Shown: positions 1-9,709, counted from the stretch's first letter. The stretch: 64,000 nucleotides of DNA from Candidatus Poribacteria bacterium (GCA_965218095.1 OZ244587.1:1668720-1732719), one strand, 5' to 3'. A program made the numbers and translations. Notes: generated from the sequence alone by a model not told the origin.

Positions 1-471
1 CTTGCTCGGTGGAGGCAAGTTCCCGTCCTTGTCTTTTCGTCGTCGGGGCTTACCGCCCACGTAGGTTTCATCGCATTCAATAATTCCTCTCAGTAAAACC
101 TTGCCCTTTCTACCCATCTCAGACCTGATTCGTTTCATCATGAACCAAGCTGAGGGTTGCGTTAAGTCCAAATGACGAGCCATTTGACAACTTGATAGGC
201 TTTTCTTCGCATCGTTCATTAACAGGATAGCCATAAACCACTTCTGAAGTGGAATCTGTGTTCCTTGAAATATCGTTCCCTGTAACACATTGAAACTTGA
301 CTTACAAGTATGGCAATTCCAACGACCAATTATGCTAGCTTCATTCTTCGGTGCAACCTTTTTACTTTCGCAATATGGACACTCAGGTTTGCCACCCCAG
401 CGGATAGTTTCTAAGTGTTTAATACAACTCTCTTGGTCAGAAAATCGTTCTACAGCATCAAACAAGTTCAT
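1..471 (-). CDS. IS1595-family (ISXO2-like) transposase, N-terminal part; the 3' end runs off the window start
   Basis: Reverse-strand translation from the ATG at 469-471 gives MNLFDAVERFSDQESCIKHLETIRWGGKPECPYCESKKV...CHTCKSSF...IIECDETYVGGK. This is the zinc-ribbon plus ISXO2-like transposase N-terminus. It is absent from the ORF track because it is truncated by the window edge. Confidence 0.7.
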   Translation of the reverse strand, partial: MNLFDAVERFSDQESCIKHLETIRWGGKPECPYCESKKVAPKNEASIIGRWNCHTCKSSFNVLQGTIFQGTQIPLQKWFMAILLMNDAKKSLSSCQMARHLDLTQPSAWFMMKRIRSEMGRKGKVLLRGIIECDETYVGGKPRRRKDKDGNLPPPSK

Positions 472-613
472 TCATCTCAACTCCTTTATTCATAAGGGTT
501 TGATGCCTATATTGTATCAAATTTACACAAAACTTGCAAGCCTAAACCTTATAAGCGCGTTTTGTATTTTGGGGGCATATTAACGCCAGTCCGTGTCTGT
601 TCATTGGTTTACC

Positions 614-994
614 TCATTTCGGCGGATCGCAAATGCGACATGGTTCGTAGCGTTCCCTGGCATTTTCCAATTTCATCGGCTTTTGGTTTTCCCCGAGGAA
701 CTGGCATCCCTCTCTATGATACCTTTTCCCGGCGGGGTTCACATAAACGAGAATATCTTCGTTGACCATTTCGTTTTTCTCCCTTTGTTTCCTATTCACC
801 TTCCCCATAATCCTTAGAATCGCTTGGATGACTGATCCGGCGGCGATTGTCCCGAGGATAGTTGTTGCGATGAATCCCGTGAAAACCCAGTTGGCTATTA
901 TGTCCCAGACGCCTGTTCTCTCGTCAGTGGCTTTGTCGTGTTGCGTCCGCGGTTCTAATTCCTTTTGTGCTCTTTCTTCGCGTGTTTCTGCCAT
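614..994 (-). CDS. small membrane-anchored protein with a C-terminal Ada-like zinc-binding motif
   Basis: 126 aa with one TM helix (WVFTGFIATTILGTIAAGSV). The C-terminus YHREGCQFL...ARERYEPCRICDP matches the Ada_Zn_binding-type Cys4 pattern. Confidence 0.45.
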   Translation of the reverse strand: MAETREERAQKELEPRTQHDKATDERTGVWDIIANWVFTGFIATTILGTIAAGSVIQAILRIMGKVNRKQREKNEMVNEDILVYVNPAGKRYHREGCQFLGENQKPMKLENARERYEPCRICDPPK

Positions 995-1084
995 TGCATT
1001 CCTCTCCTTTCAACATTGCCCGCTTGGGTCTTAGAGAAATCAATATTACGAGTTTTTTACTTAAAGTCTGATTGCGCCGGTCGA

Positions 1085-1235
1085 GTAGGAGCACTGCGAC
1101 GTATCGAGACCAAGCAAACCACCGCTCACTTGGTTTCTTGGTTTCGATACACCTTCAGCTACTCAACCTACCGCTCAACCACCGACGCTTCGCTACTCAA
1201 CCGGCGCTCGCTAACTGAAAAAGTTGTATCAATAT
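1085..1235. repeat. about 150-bp non-coding repeat, copy A (partner at 63415-63525)
   Basis: Shared blocks tcgagtaggag..., ctcac(t/g)tggtttcgatac..., and cgctactcaaccg(g/a)cg(c/t)tcgctaactgaaaaa are present at both ends of the window. Confidence 0.5.
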
Positions 1236-1251
1236 CCACTTGTCATTAATG

Positions 1252-3282
1252 TCATTTCCACTCACGTGCGTCTAGCCCCTCACCTATGGTCGGCAGGCAT
1301 GACATCCGCAATCTAGCACAACCTAGTGGAATCATTCTAATCGTTTCTTCGGGCGCGTCCGACTTGATTGGACTTGGCCGAAGTTCCTCAACGGTCTCGT
1401 TCTCCAGATTCCAGTTGGGAATGCGCTTTGCCTTCACCTTGATCTCCACGGGCGCGCCCTCGACCGTCCACGGTTGAACTGCCAACCTATTTTTCTCCTC
1501 TACCGTCAGGGAGGAGGCTGGTTTATCGCAGTCTATCACCAGGCCGTAGTTCCATGGGCTTTTGGGTAGCACCGCCCACTCAGGCCAACCCGCCGTACCC
1601 CCGCACCGGCTCCATTCTTCCTCAATCCGAATCGAGTAGCTCAACGGCCCCCGGTCCACTGTCACACTACCGTTGCGCGGCCAATCTGTCAAAGCAAGCT
1701 CCATCGGCATCACGATGTCTACCCTATCGCCGTCAATCCACTCCCGCTCGATCCGAAGGTATGTTTGAGGCCCTGCTTCCACATCCAACCTTTTACCGTT
1801 TAGGGAAACACACAAACCCTTGCACCACTTCGGCACGCGCAGATAAAGCGGAAACTCTACTGACTGAGAAGTCGCGACCTCCATATGCACCGTATCTCTG
1901 AAGGGATAATGGGTCTCCGCATGAATCGTGACCTCTCTCCCCTCCCGGCCGACCTTTGCAGTTACCTCTGAAGCCGCATACATCCAGGCAGCCAAACCGC
2001 CATCGGCCGTTCCCTGCCACAGGTTCTCCACGTACCAGGGCCAACCCATCGCCACATTGTGCTGACAGCAACGGTAGAGATAAGGGGAATAGGAGATCAT
2101 GCATGCTTTATTGGCATACTCATGGTTGCCTGAAGCATCGAGTTGCGGCTGATTAGATGCTGTAAGGTAATGCAGCCCTTTGAGGTCGGGCGTCTGGGAA
2201 GCGGGGAAATGGTTTAGAGTGATGTCTTCACAGCGGTCTGCGTACTTTGGATGGCCCGTGATTCGTCCCAGGATGTAGAAACTCTTGTTGAACTCAATCA
2301 TGGCACAGGTCTCGCAACCCTGTCTTGGATCAGTATACGTGGAACGAAGGACCTCGTCTGCCCCGAAGATGCCCCTGGGCTGCTGACCCCAGGTGCCCAT
2401 ATGCTGATTGTACCAGTATTCTGAGGCAGCCAGATGCCATGATGCTTTCGATTGGGGGTAGTAACTGCCCGGATAGCGGAAGCGATGGGTGAAATCCACC
2501 ACATGGTGGGCCAACCATTCGTCCGTTCTGTAGCGTCTCATTGTGTCGTTATCACCAGCGTTTAACATCCCCTCACGTCCAGGCCATTGATCGGTTGTGT
2601 GCGGAAAGTGTTTGAAAAAGCGCGTCGCAAGCTCCAGCAGCCACAACTCCCCTGTTTGGTTGTAAAGCCAGTGGAGGTGAGGGATCATCTCGCAAGGACG
2701 GCGCTTGTCGACAATCGGCTCATCAGGGATGAACACCTCATCGGGTATATCACGGCAGTACTGGAAAAAGTGGGTCATAAATGGGATAACGCGGGCGTCC
2801 CCAGTATATTCGTAATGGTGGATGATCGGGTCGAGCATAACGGCGTGGGCCCAGAGGCCCGTAAACTTCTCACCGAATTCCCCTTCAACAGGTGCGAGGT
2901 TGCCGGGACCGAAATAACCGTTCCCCTCCTGGCTGGCAAAGGCAGCCTCGATCCATCTTTGGGATTCCTCCAATAAATTTTTATCTCCCCTCAGTACTAC
3001 GAGGTCGTGGAAGCCCCGCAACCAGTACGGCGCCTCCTCTGCCCCACTGACCTCCTCACCCCCTAGCCAACCGTTGTTGGGTTTAAGGAAGTCGCTCAAC
3101 TCGTCCAGGTGGCCCACCATCCCATCGGCCATCAGCTCAAGCTGAACTTTAAGCCACCCACCCGGGCGTATGCACCCAAGCGGGAGTTTGACAAGTGGAT
3201 TTGGAAGAAGGGGAGGTCGATTTGTCGTATAGAAGGAATTTGATTTACTTACATCGGGCTTCTCTACAACGGTTACCAGCAT
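1252..3282 (-). CDS. DUF1680/GH127-like glycoside hydrolase (beta-L-arabinofuranosidase family)
   Basis: 676 aa. The N-terminus NRPPLLPNPLVKLPLGCIRPGGWLK...QLELMADGMVGHLDE is typical of the DUF1680/GH127 family. A GGAGGGA RBS precedes the ATG. Confidence 0.55.
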   Translation of the reverse strand: MLVTVVEKPDVSKSNSFYTTNRPPLLPNPLVKLPLGCIRPGGWLKVQLELMADGMVGHLDELSDFLKPNNGWLGGEEVSGAEEAPYWLRGFHDLVVLRGDKNLLEESQRWIEAAFASQEGNGYFGPGNLAPVEGEFGEKFTGLWAHAVMLDPIIHHYEYTGDARVIPFMTHFFQYCRDIPDEVFIPDEPIVDKRRPCEMIPHLHWLYNQTGELWLLELATRFFKHFPHTTDQWPGREGMLNAGDNDTMRRYRTDEWLAHHVVDFTHRFRYPGSYYPQSKASWHLAASEYWYNQHMGTWGQQPRGIFGADEVLRSTYTDPRQGCETCAMIEFNKSFYILGRITGHPKYADRCEDITLNHFPASQTPDLKGLHYLTASNQPQLDASGNHEYANKACMISYSPYLYRCCQHNVAMGWPWYVENLWQGTADGGLAAWMYAASEVTAKVGREGREVTIHAETHYPFRDTVHMEVATSQSVEFPLYLRVPKWCKGLCVSLNGKRLDVEAGPQTYLRIEREWIDGDRVDIVMPMELALTDWPRNGSVTVDRGPLSYSIRIEEEWSRCGGTAGWPEWAVLPKSPWNYGLVIDCDKPASSLTVEEKNRLAVQPWTVEGAPVEIKVKAKRIPNWNLENETVEELRPSPIKSDAPEETIRMIPLGCARLRMSCLPTIGEGLDAREWK

Positions 3283-3329
3283 TTTGGTTCCCTCCTATTT
3301 GGATTGAACTGAATTAACAGATTTGCTGC

Positions 3330-3536
3330 CTAATCAGGAGTGGGAGATTGTTTTTGATATCGTGACATGGCCATCTTCAGACGGATACACAACTCGGTAT
3401 CTTCATCACTTTCTGCCATCAGCCGCTGTGCTTCCGCCCAAACCGCTTGTGGGAGAGATATGTGCAGCCGCCACTCCAGCTCAATAGATGCCTTTTTCAA
3501 AAACGCTACGGCTTCTCTTTTGTCATCTGCCAGCAT
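3330..3536 (-). CDS. small hypothetical protein
   Basis: 68-aa ORF with no recognisable motif. An overlapping 26-codon upstream ORF is in another frame. Confidence 0.2.
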   Translation of the reverse strand: MLADDKREAVAFLKKASIELEWRLHISLPQAVWAEAQRLMAESDEDTELCIRLKMAMSRYQKQSPTPD

Positions 3537-3869
3537 CAGTAAATTCTCTTTTATTCATGTGTGCTTCTGCCCTTGTGATCAGACGATTTGTTTCGTCTTT
3601 CATATTATCATCCCGCTACGACTTCTACGCTTTAGCAATCCGGCTTCCTGAGTGTAAATGTACATGAGTGCTATCTGCTTACTTCTTATGCCTCATTGCA
3701 ACCGTTGAGGGCTCATTGGCGAAAATCAACGGGTTAATTTGTGTGAGCAACTCGTCTCGTTCAATAAAACATCAGGATGTTGAGGAATAACACTTTGTGA
3801 ATCATGAGGATCTCTCCTTTTTGACAGCCACTCTTGACGCCCCCCTCTATGTCTCCCCCCAACTTTGGA

Positions 3870-4097
3870 CTTACTATTACCCATAAGTCTGCAAACCCTT
3901 GTTGTGGTATAGGGATTCTGCCCGCTGATGAATCAGCGAGCTACACAGCTGCGTCCGATGAAGAAACCGATAAACGAAGTTTATTAGTTTCTCCTGAATC
4001 GAGTTTAGAAGATCGCTCGAAAGCCCGATGAATCGGGCTTCTTTTTCTGTAACTCGGCGACTTCATCGCCGAGCGAAAAGATGTGGGTAATAGTAAG
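3870..4097 (+). repeat. MITE-like structured repeat, copy 1 (downstream of the 1210-aa gene)
   Basis: Terminal inverted repeats CTTACTATTACCCAT...ATGTGGGTAATAGTAAG. Three internal stem-loops with GATGAATC-type loops. About 95% identical to copy 2 at 7987-8206. Confidence 0.6.
4021..4047 (+). terminator. intrinsic-terminator-like hairpin plus T-tract inside MITE copy 1
   Basis: aaGCCCGATgaATCGGGCtt followed by cttttt. Confidence 0.45.
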
Positions 4098-4273
4098 CCT
4101 TATCAGGGGGAGAGGCAGAGATGCCTCGCTACAGAAACCCGGGCCGATCATACCACAGCATCATTTATCCAAATGAATCGCCCCGCGCTAGATGAATCAA
4201 GCGCCTCAAGTGAGGCGTTAGGACATCAGGGCATTCTATTGGCACTGCACGTAGCGAATATTTGAAAATTATA

Positions 4274-7200
4274 TTACTTCAAAATGACCATCCGCCTCAT
4301 CTGACGGAAAGATGGCGTAGACAATTGGTAGAAATAGAGTCCACTTGAGACCCGCTCTCCCGTTTCAGAGCGTCCATCCCAATACGCGGCTCGGCTCCGA
4401 TTCGTGTAATAGCCAGCTATCTGATGACCTAAATCCAACCGACGCACCAACGCGCCCTTTGTGTCATAAATCGTGATCTGCACATCGGCATCGTTGGCGA
4501 GATGATACGGCATCCATGTCTCCGGGTTGAATGGATTCGGGTAGTTTGGCAACAGGGCTATCTCTGTTGGTGTCAGGGATGCCAAGAGCTGTTCAAGCAC
4601 CACAATCCCCCTCACCATCGTGGCATCCTTAACCTCAAGCGACCTCGCGTCGGTCAGCCACTGTTGAACGTCTGCCGCCGTGAGCATCTCAAATGCTTGT
4701 GGATGCGCTGAAGGCGCGGATGCCGCATTCCCAAACGCGCCCGCAACCAACACCAGATCTAGGATATTCACGCCACCGTCACTATTCACATCCCCCGCAA
4801 TCGGTGGCGGCTCAGTGTCGGAGACGACCTTAAAGGTCACCGTTTGCTCAAATCCAGCGGCAGACACAGAGACGGTGTTCGTTCCCGGGTTCGGACCCAG
4901 CGTGAGCGTACTCTCTGCTCTGCCGTTTTCATCGGTCATTGTGCGTGTGGCATTGAGCGTTCCACCGCCCGTGGTCACGGTAAACGTGACCGGAACCCCC
5001 TCAAGCACTGAACCATTCTCATCCTGTACTTCAACGACAAACGGGTTCGCCGGGGCCGCACCGGACACGCCTTTCTGGTTATCGCCTGAGATTTTCAAAA
5101 GGGCGGGATGCGCTTGGTCGTCAAAGCCTACCATAACCCTTCTGCTTTGGAGGGTTGGAATGTGGGTGTGGATGGATGTGTAGCTCAGGAGGTTTCCCGT
5201 CACATCAACCGTGTCTCCACCCCCCAATCCCGTGTTTGCCACCAGGGGCGAGATGTCCGATATCGAGTTGTCCGAAAGCTCCAGCCATGTCAGATTGGTT
5301 AATCCCGACACAGGCGAGATGTCCGATATCGAGTTCCCGCCAAGCCCCAGCCATGTCAGATTGGTTAATCCCGACACAGGCAAGATGTCCGATATCGAGT
5401 TCCCGCCAAGCCCCAGCCATGTCAGATTGGTTAATCCCGACACAGGCGAGATGTCCGATATCGAGTTCCTGTCAAGAAACAGCCGTGTCAGATTGGTTAA
5501 TCCCGACACAGGCGAGATGTCCGATATCGGGTTGCCCCAAAGATACAGCTCTGTCAGATTGGTTAATCCCGACACAGGCGAGATATCCGATACTGAGTTG
5601 TTGTGAAGATTTAGATCTGTCAAATTGGTTAATCCTGCCACTGCTGAGATGTTCGAGATGTTGTTGTCCCCAAGAAACAGTCCTGTCAAGCTGGTTAAGC
5701 CGGACATCGTCGAGATGTCCGAGATGTTACTGCCCCCAAGAGACAGCGACCTTAGTTTGGTTAAACCCGTTAAAGGCGAGAAATCCGATACCGAGTTACT
5801 GTTAATCGAACGATTCTCTGCCTCCACATACTCCGCACTAAGATCCAGTGTTCTCAGGTTGGTTGCACCTTCAAGCCCGGTCAAATCGCTTATGTTGGCG
5901 TTTCTTGCGTCAAGGCGGGTCAAATTTTCTAGGTGCCCTCGGAAAATGGGAGTACTTGGTGGCAGCCCGATCGCTTCTGCAATCGCAGCGCGGAGGTTGG
6001 GGTCGGGGATGTCAATCTCAGCCACTGCCTCAAGACGAACCCCCATTAACCCAGACATATCCCACAGTTCGACCGTGCCAGCCACCGTCCCGGAGGCAAG
6101 GGTTGTATCATCGCTTGAAAATGCCACAGAAAGTACATGATCCCCATGCCCGAGAGTGACGAAATTTACTCGCGTCGTTATGTCCCACAGCTTGACCGTC
6201 CTGTCCCACGACCCGGTAGCGAGGGTACTCCCATCGCGCGAAAATGCCACAGAAGTGACCCCACCCGTATGCTCTTCAAAAGTGCCGATATTTTGCTGTG
6301 TCTCAACATCCCACAGCTTGACCGTCCTATCCCACGACCCGGTAGCGAGGAGGGTCGCATCAACAGGCGAAAATGCCACAGAAGTGACCCTACTCGTGTA
6401 ATCCTCAAAAGTGCCGATATCTCGGTGCGTCGCCACGTCCCACAGCTTGACCGTCCCATCCCGCGACCCGGTAGCGAGAATTGCCCCATCGGGCGAAAAC
6501 GACACAGAAGTGACCTCATCCGTATGTCTAAAAGTGGCGATATCTCGTTCTGTCTCTACGTCCCACAGCTTAACCGTCCCATCCCATGAGCCGGCAGCGA
6601 GGGTCCTCTTATCGGACGAAAACGTCATAGCAGATGTATATGTATGCACCTTAAGGGTCGCGATATCTTGTTGCGATACTACGTCCCACAGTTTGACTGT
6701 CCCATCCCATGAGCCGGTTGCGAGAGTCACGCCATCGGACAAAAATGCCACAGAATGGACTCCAGATGTATGCTCATCAAAGGTGGCGATATGGTGTGGC
6801 GAAATTTCCACAAGCCAAAAGGAGGCATAGCCTGCATTCCCATCCGTATCAACAACCTTGACATGAACGGTATGTACCATAGAATCAGACAGATTCGTAA
6901 AGCCCTCCGCTGTAAAAGCACCGTTATAGTCGAATTTAATGGGGGCATCTTTTTCTCCCGCTAATCCACGACACGCTATCAGTCCATCAGAACCAGACAG
7001 GAGCACTTGATGGAGCCCCTCTGAATCGCTGACTTTGAGTTGAACCGGGACGCTCTGCGAGCCTGCCGGATAAGTACGCGGCGAGGTAAGTTCAATGGTG
7101 GGTCGCTCCCCCTCTTCAGTTGGGGTATTGAGATTGAAGTAGGGATGCACGGACAAATATTCGGCATGGCACGCGGATAACTGATCCCGTCCTGGACCAC

Positions 7201-7906
7201 CATACGACATGATGTACGCACCATCGTGAAAATCGTGATTCAGTCCGAAGGCGTGTCCCAGTTCATGTGCTGCTGTTCCGAAGCTAAATTCGCCAGGAAC
7301 TAACGCATCTCCACCATTTTTCCCCCATCTGCCTCCGACACCTCCGACGTTACGTCCATCACCAAGACCAATTAGATCTGTGCTATTATCAATGACGATT
7401 AGGTAAACGTTTGCCTCAAGATTAAACGCTAGGTTTATCTCGTCGAATACAGCACCAGCGGTGTTATCAAGGTAGTGGCTATCGGGGTGTCGCCCGTCCA
7501 CGTGATGCACCATCGGCTCGCCTTGGGGGTCGGTTTCGATGCGGAAGGGGACTGCCCCGTAACCGTGTGCACCCATCTGCTCGGCAAAGAAGGTCTGGAC
7601 CTTGAGAATCTCCTCCTTCATCCGCTGAACGACGTCGGCGCGATACGGGCGGTCATTGGGTAAGAGGTAGATTATCCGTACCGTGCGTGGTTCACCGACG
7701 TTCAAATTCGCTGTAAAGGATTGGGCGTAGCGACGATTGGGATATTGGTCCGAATACCGTTTGCTCCATTGATTATCAATAACGCCGCAAAAAAGTGTCC
7801 CGTTTCCGGCAGATAGCTGGGAGGCGGCAATCGCTAGGTTGAGTGTGCCGCCGGTGAGATAGATTATTAGAGAGTATAAGGTGAAACGAAAAAATTGTGT
7901 TTTCAT
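4274..7906 (-). CDS. secreted mosaic metalloprotease: signal peptide, metzincin (reprolysin-like) domain, 7 WD40 blades, about 9 LRRs, Big_2-like Ig domain, dockerin-like module, T9SS C-terminal sorting domain
   Basis: 1210 aa. HELGHAFGLNHDF with Met-turn YIMSY near nt 7255. Seven ATGSWDGTVKLWDV repeats at about 6040-6830. LTNLTxLxLxxNSISDISPVSG repeats at about 5200-5900. An invasin-like beta domain at about 4830-5100. DVNSDGGVNILDLVLVAGAFG at about 4720-4800. C-terminus LLPNYPNPFNPETWMPYHL...YFYQLSTPSFRQMRRMVILK. Confidence 0.85.
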   Translation of the reverse strand: MKTQFFRFTLYSLIIYLTGGTLNLAIAASQLSAGNGTLFCGVIDNQWSKRYSDQYPNRRYAQSFTANLNVGEPRTVRIIYLLPNDRPYRADVVQRMKEEILKVQTFFAEQMGAHGYGAVPFRIETDPQGEPMVHHVDGRHPDSHYLDNTAGAVFDEINLAFNLEANVYLIVIDNSTDLIGLGDGRNVGGVGGRWGKNGGDALVPGEFSFGTAAHELGHAFGLNHDFHDGAYIMSYGGPGRDQLSACHAEYLSVHPYFNLNTPTEEGERPTIELTSPRTYPAGSQSVPVQLKVSDSEGLHQVLLSGSDGLIACRGLAGEKDAPIKFDYNGAFTAEGFTNLSDSMVHTVHVKVVDTDGNAGYASFWLVEISPHHIATFDEHTSGVHSVAFLSDGVTLATGSWDGTVKLWDVVSQQDIATLKVHTYTSAMTFSSDKRTLAAGSWDGTVKLWDVETERDIATFRHTDEVTSVSFSPDGAILATGSRDGTVKLWDVATHRDIGTFEDYTSRVTSVAFSPVDATLLATGSWDRTVKLWDVETQQNIGTFEEHTGGVTSVAFSRDGSTLATGSWDRTVKLWDITTRVNFVTLGHGDHVLSVAFSSDDTTLASGTVAGTVELWDMSGLMGVRLEAVAEIDIPDPNLRAAIAEAIGLPPSTPIFRGHLENLTRLDARNANISDLTGLEGATNLRTLDLSAEYVEAENRSINSNSVSDFSPLTGLTKLRSLSLGGSNISDISTMSGLTSLTGLFLGDNNISNISAVAGLTNLTDLNLHNNSVSDISPVSGLTNLTELYLWGNPISDISPVSGLTNLTRLFLDRNSISDISPVSGLTNLTWLGLGGNSISDILPVSGLTNLTWLGLGGNSISDISPVSGLTNLTWLELSDNSISDISPLVANTGLGGGDTVDVTGNLLSYTSIHTHIPTLQSRRVMVGFDDQAHPALLKISGDNQKGVSGAAPANPFVVEVQDENGSVLEGVPVTFTVTTGGGTLNATRTMTDENGRAESTLTLGPNPGTNTVSVSAAGFEQTVTFKVVSDTEPPPIAGDVNSDGGVNILDLVLVAGAFGNAASAPSAHPQAFEMLTAADVQQWLTDARSLEVKDATMVRGIVVLEQLLASLTPTEIALLPNYPNPFNPETWMPYHLANDADVQITIYDTKGALVRRLDLGHQIAGYYTNRSRAAYWDGRSETGERVSSGLYFYQLSTPSFRQMRRMVILK

Positions 7907-7986
7907 CGCTATGTTTATTTCCTTTGAGGTTGGAAATGTGTGAGAGGCATTTGTGCCTCGATTGTCAGGACACCCCCCTTATCAGG

Positions 7987-8206
7987 CTTACTATTACCCA
8001 TAAGTCTGCAAACCCTTGTGGTATAGGGATTCTGCCCGCCGATGAATCAGCGGGCTACACGGCTGCGTCCGATGAAGAAACCGATAAACGAAGTTTATTA
8101 GTTTCTCCTGAATTGAACTGAGAAGATCGCTCGAAAGCCCGATGAATCGGGCTTCTTTTTCTGTAACTCGGCGACTTCATCGCCGAGCGAAAAGATGTGG
8201 GTAATA
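7987..8206 (+). repeat. MITE-like structured repeat, copy 2 (upstream of the 1210-aa gene)
   Basis: Same orientation and architecture as copy 1. Hairpin plus T-tract at 8145-8170. A 3-nt deletion and several compensating stem substitutions relative to copy 1. Confidence 0.6.
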
Positions 8207-8254
8207 GATAGCAACTTTGAGGGGACATATAGAGGGAGACTTTTCAAAGTTAAA

Positions 8255-9451
8255 TTACTCGGGCGACCAGTGCGCCGCGTAATGGAGGATATTTTCCATC
8301 AGTTTCTCATTCGCCTTGACAGTCTCCTGCCCATCATTGCGCAAGCTGGTGAAAATGTACAAACCCCTGCTGTGTTTCCGCACGCCAACAACGAGATGTT
8401 TGCCATCGTTGGTGGTTGCAAAAACTTCGAAATCTTGATCCCAATCTGTCCAGGCATCATCAATATAGATTTCCCCCGGCTCAATCAGATGGGGCGCCGC
8501 AAACAGCTTCTCCCTCTGGTCAGTAATCTTGAAATCCTGAGTTGGTGGACGTTCGACGCCAGTCAAACTTCCTACCAGCCAGCCGATTTCACAGGGACGT
8601 TTCTGATCACTATCTTGACCGCTGACGATGACAATCCCGCCATTTGCCACAAACGTTTTGATTTTTTCCTCTATTTCTTTGTTGAGCAAGTAACCGCCAT
8701 AAGCAATCTCTCCATGACCGGGCCACAAAATGTCTGCTTCGTCTAAGTCGGAGAGCGAACGATCTTGGGTTGACTCATAAGCCAGGGGCTTATCATCTGC
8801 CCTTTTAACCTTTCGTATCGCGTTATATTCATAGCCAACTGTGTTTGTCTCCACGGGAACCTGGCTGTACATAGGCTTCGTGCTGTTACCCGTCAAGACC
8901 AGCACCTTCACCGCGTCTTTGGGAGCGGCGGGCCACTTTTCACCTGCGAGGATGGCTCGGACAATCTTCTGAAATTCCATTGTTGAACCATCAAATGTTC
9001 GCAACAAATATGGGTCCGTGTGGGGAAACGACCACCACCCGTCGGGGAAATCTTCACCCGGTCCATAGGTTTGAAACCACATGCCATCTATATATGAGAG
9101 ACTTTGAATTCCCCATTGGTTCCGTTGATAAAACACGATGATCGGCATGCCGACTTTAAGCAGTTTAACCATTTGGGGGGGAGAGCTTCCACGGCGATAC
9201 TGTCCGGTGGCGAAGTTCATTTTAATCTCATCTACATTGCTTACCCCTTTGGCGTCCTCTTCGACTGCAACAATGCTTCTCAACCGTTTAGCATTTACGC
9301 TTCTAATTTTCCCAAAGACGATGTTGGTGCAGGCATCTGAAACTTCATGGATTGTATATTCTCGCTCAATAAACCCCCTTGCTTGTGAGGAAAACAGCAA
9401 GCCAATGAAAATGAGGCATAAGGTAAGTGAAATTCGATGTTTTTTTAGCAT
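8255..9451 (-). CDS. secreted hypothetical protein (signal peptide; C-terminal region weakly resembles class-I glutamine-amidotransferase-like/ThuA folds)
   Basis: 398 aa. N-terminus MLKKHRISLTLCLIFIGLLFSSQARG. No diagnostic catalytic motif recognised. Confidence 0.5.
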   Translation of the reverse strand: MLKKHRISLTLCLIFIGLLFSSQARGFIEREYTIHEVSDACTNIVFGKIRSVNAKRLRSIVAVEEDAKGVSNVDEIKMNFATGQYRRGSSPPQMVKLLKVGMPIIVFYQRNQWGIQSLSYIDGMWFQTYGPGEDFPDGWWSFPHTDPYLLRTFDGSTMEFQKIVRAILAGEKWPAAPKDAVKVLVLTGNSTKPMYSQVPVETNTVGYEYNAIRKVKRADDKPLAYESTQDRSLSDLDEADILWPGHGEIAYGGYLLNKEIEEKIKTFVANGGIVIVSGQDSDQKRPCEIGWLVGSLTGVERPPTQDFKITDQREKLFAAPHLIEPGEIYIDDAWTDWDQDFEVFATTNDGKHLVVGVRKHSRGLYIFTSLRNDGQETVKANEKLMENILHYAAHWSPE

Positions 9452-9709
9452 TTTATAAATTCCTTTCAGCTATTGGGATGTACACTATCACTAAATGTTT
9501 GAACAACCGCACCGTGACAGGATCTTTACCTTTTCGTCATCCGCAACAAGTGATGAGTGACGAGTGATTCTCACCTCAACGATGACTTCTCACGTCCCGG
9601 ATCAAAAATCGGGAATCCTCAATACGAATCATCGGGACCAGACGCCAGATCACTGATGCAGAGTTGACCGACCTTCTCAAGGGTTTAGTGATAGGACACA
9701 GCAATATCT

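Noticed and set aside
5155-6830. Long plus-strand ORFs (for example 5155-5805, 216 aa; 6137-6589; 6411-6830) with repetitive peptides
   Set aside because: They lie antisense to the 1210-aa gene. They stay open only because the opposite-strand LRR and WD40 coding repeats are periodic. There is no RBS and no independent evidence.
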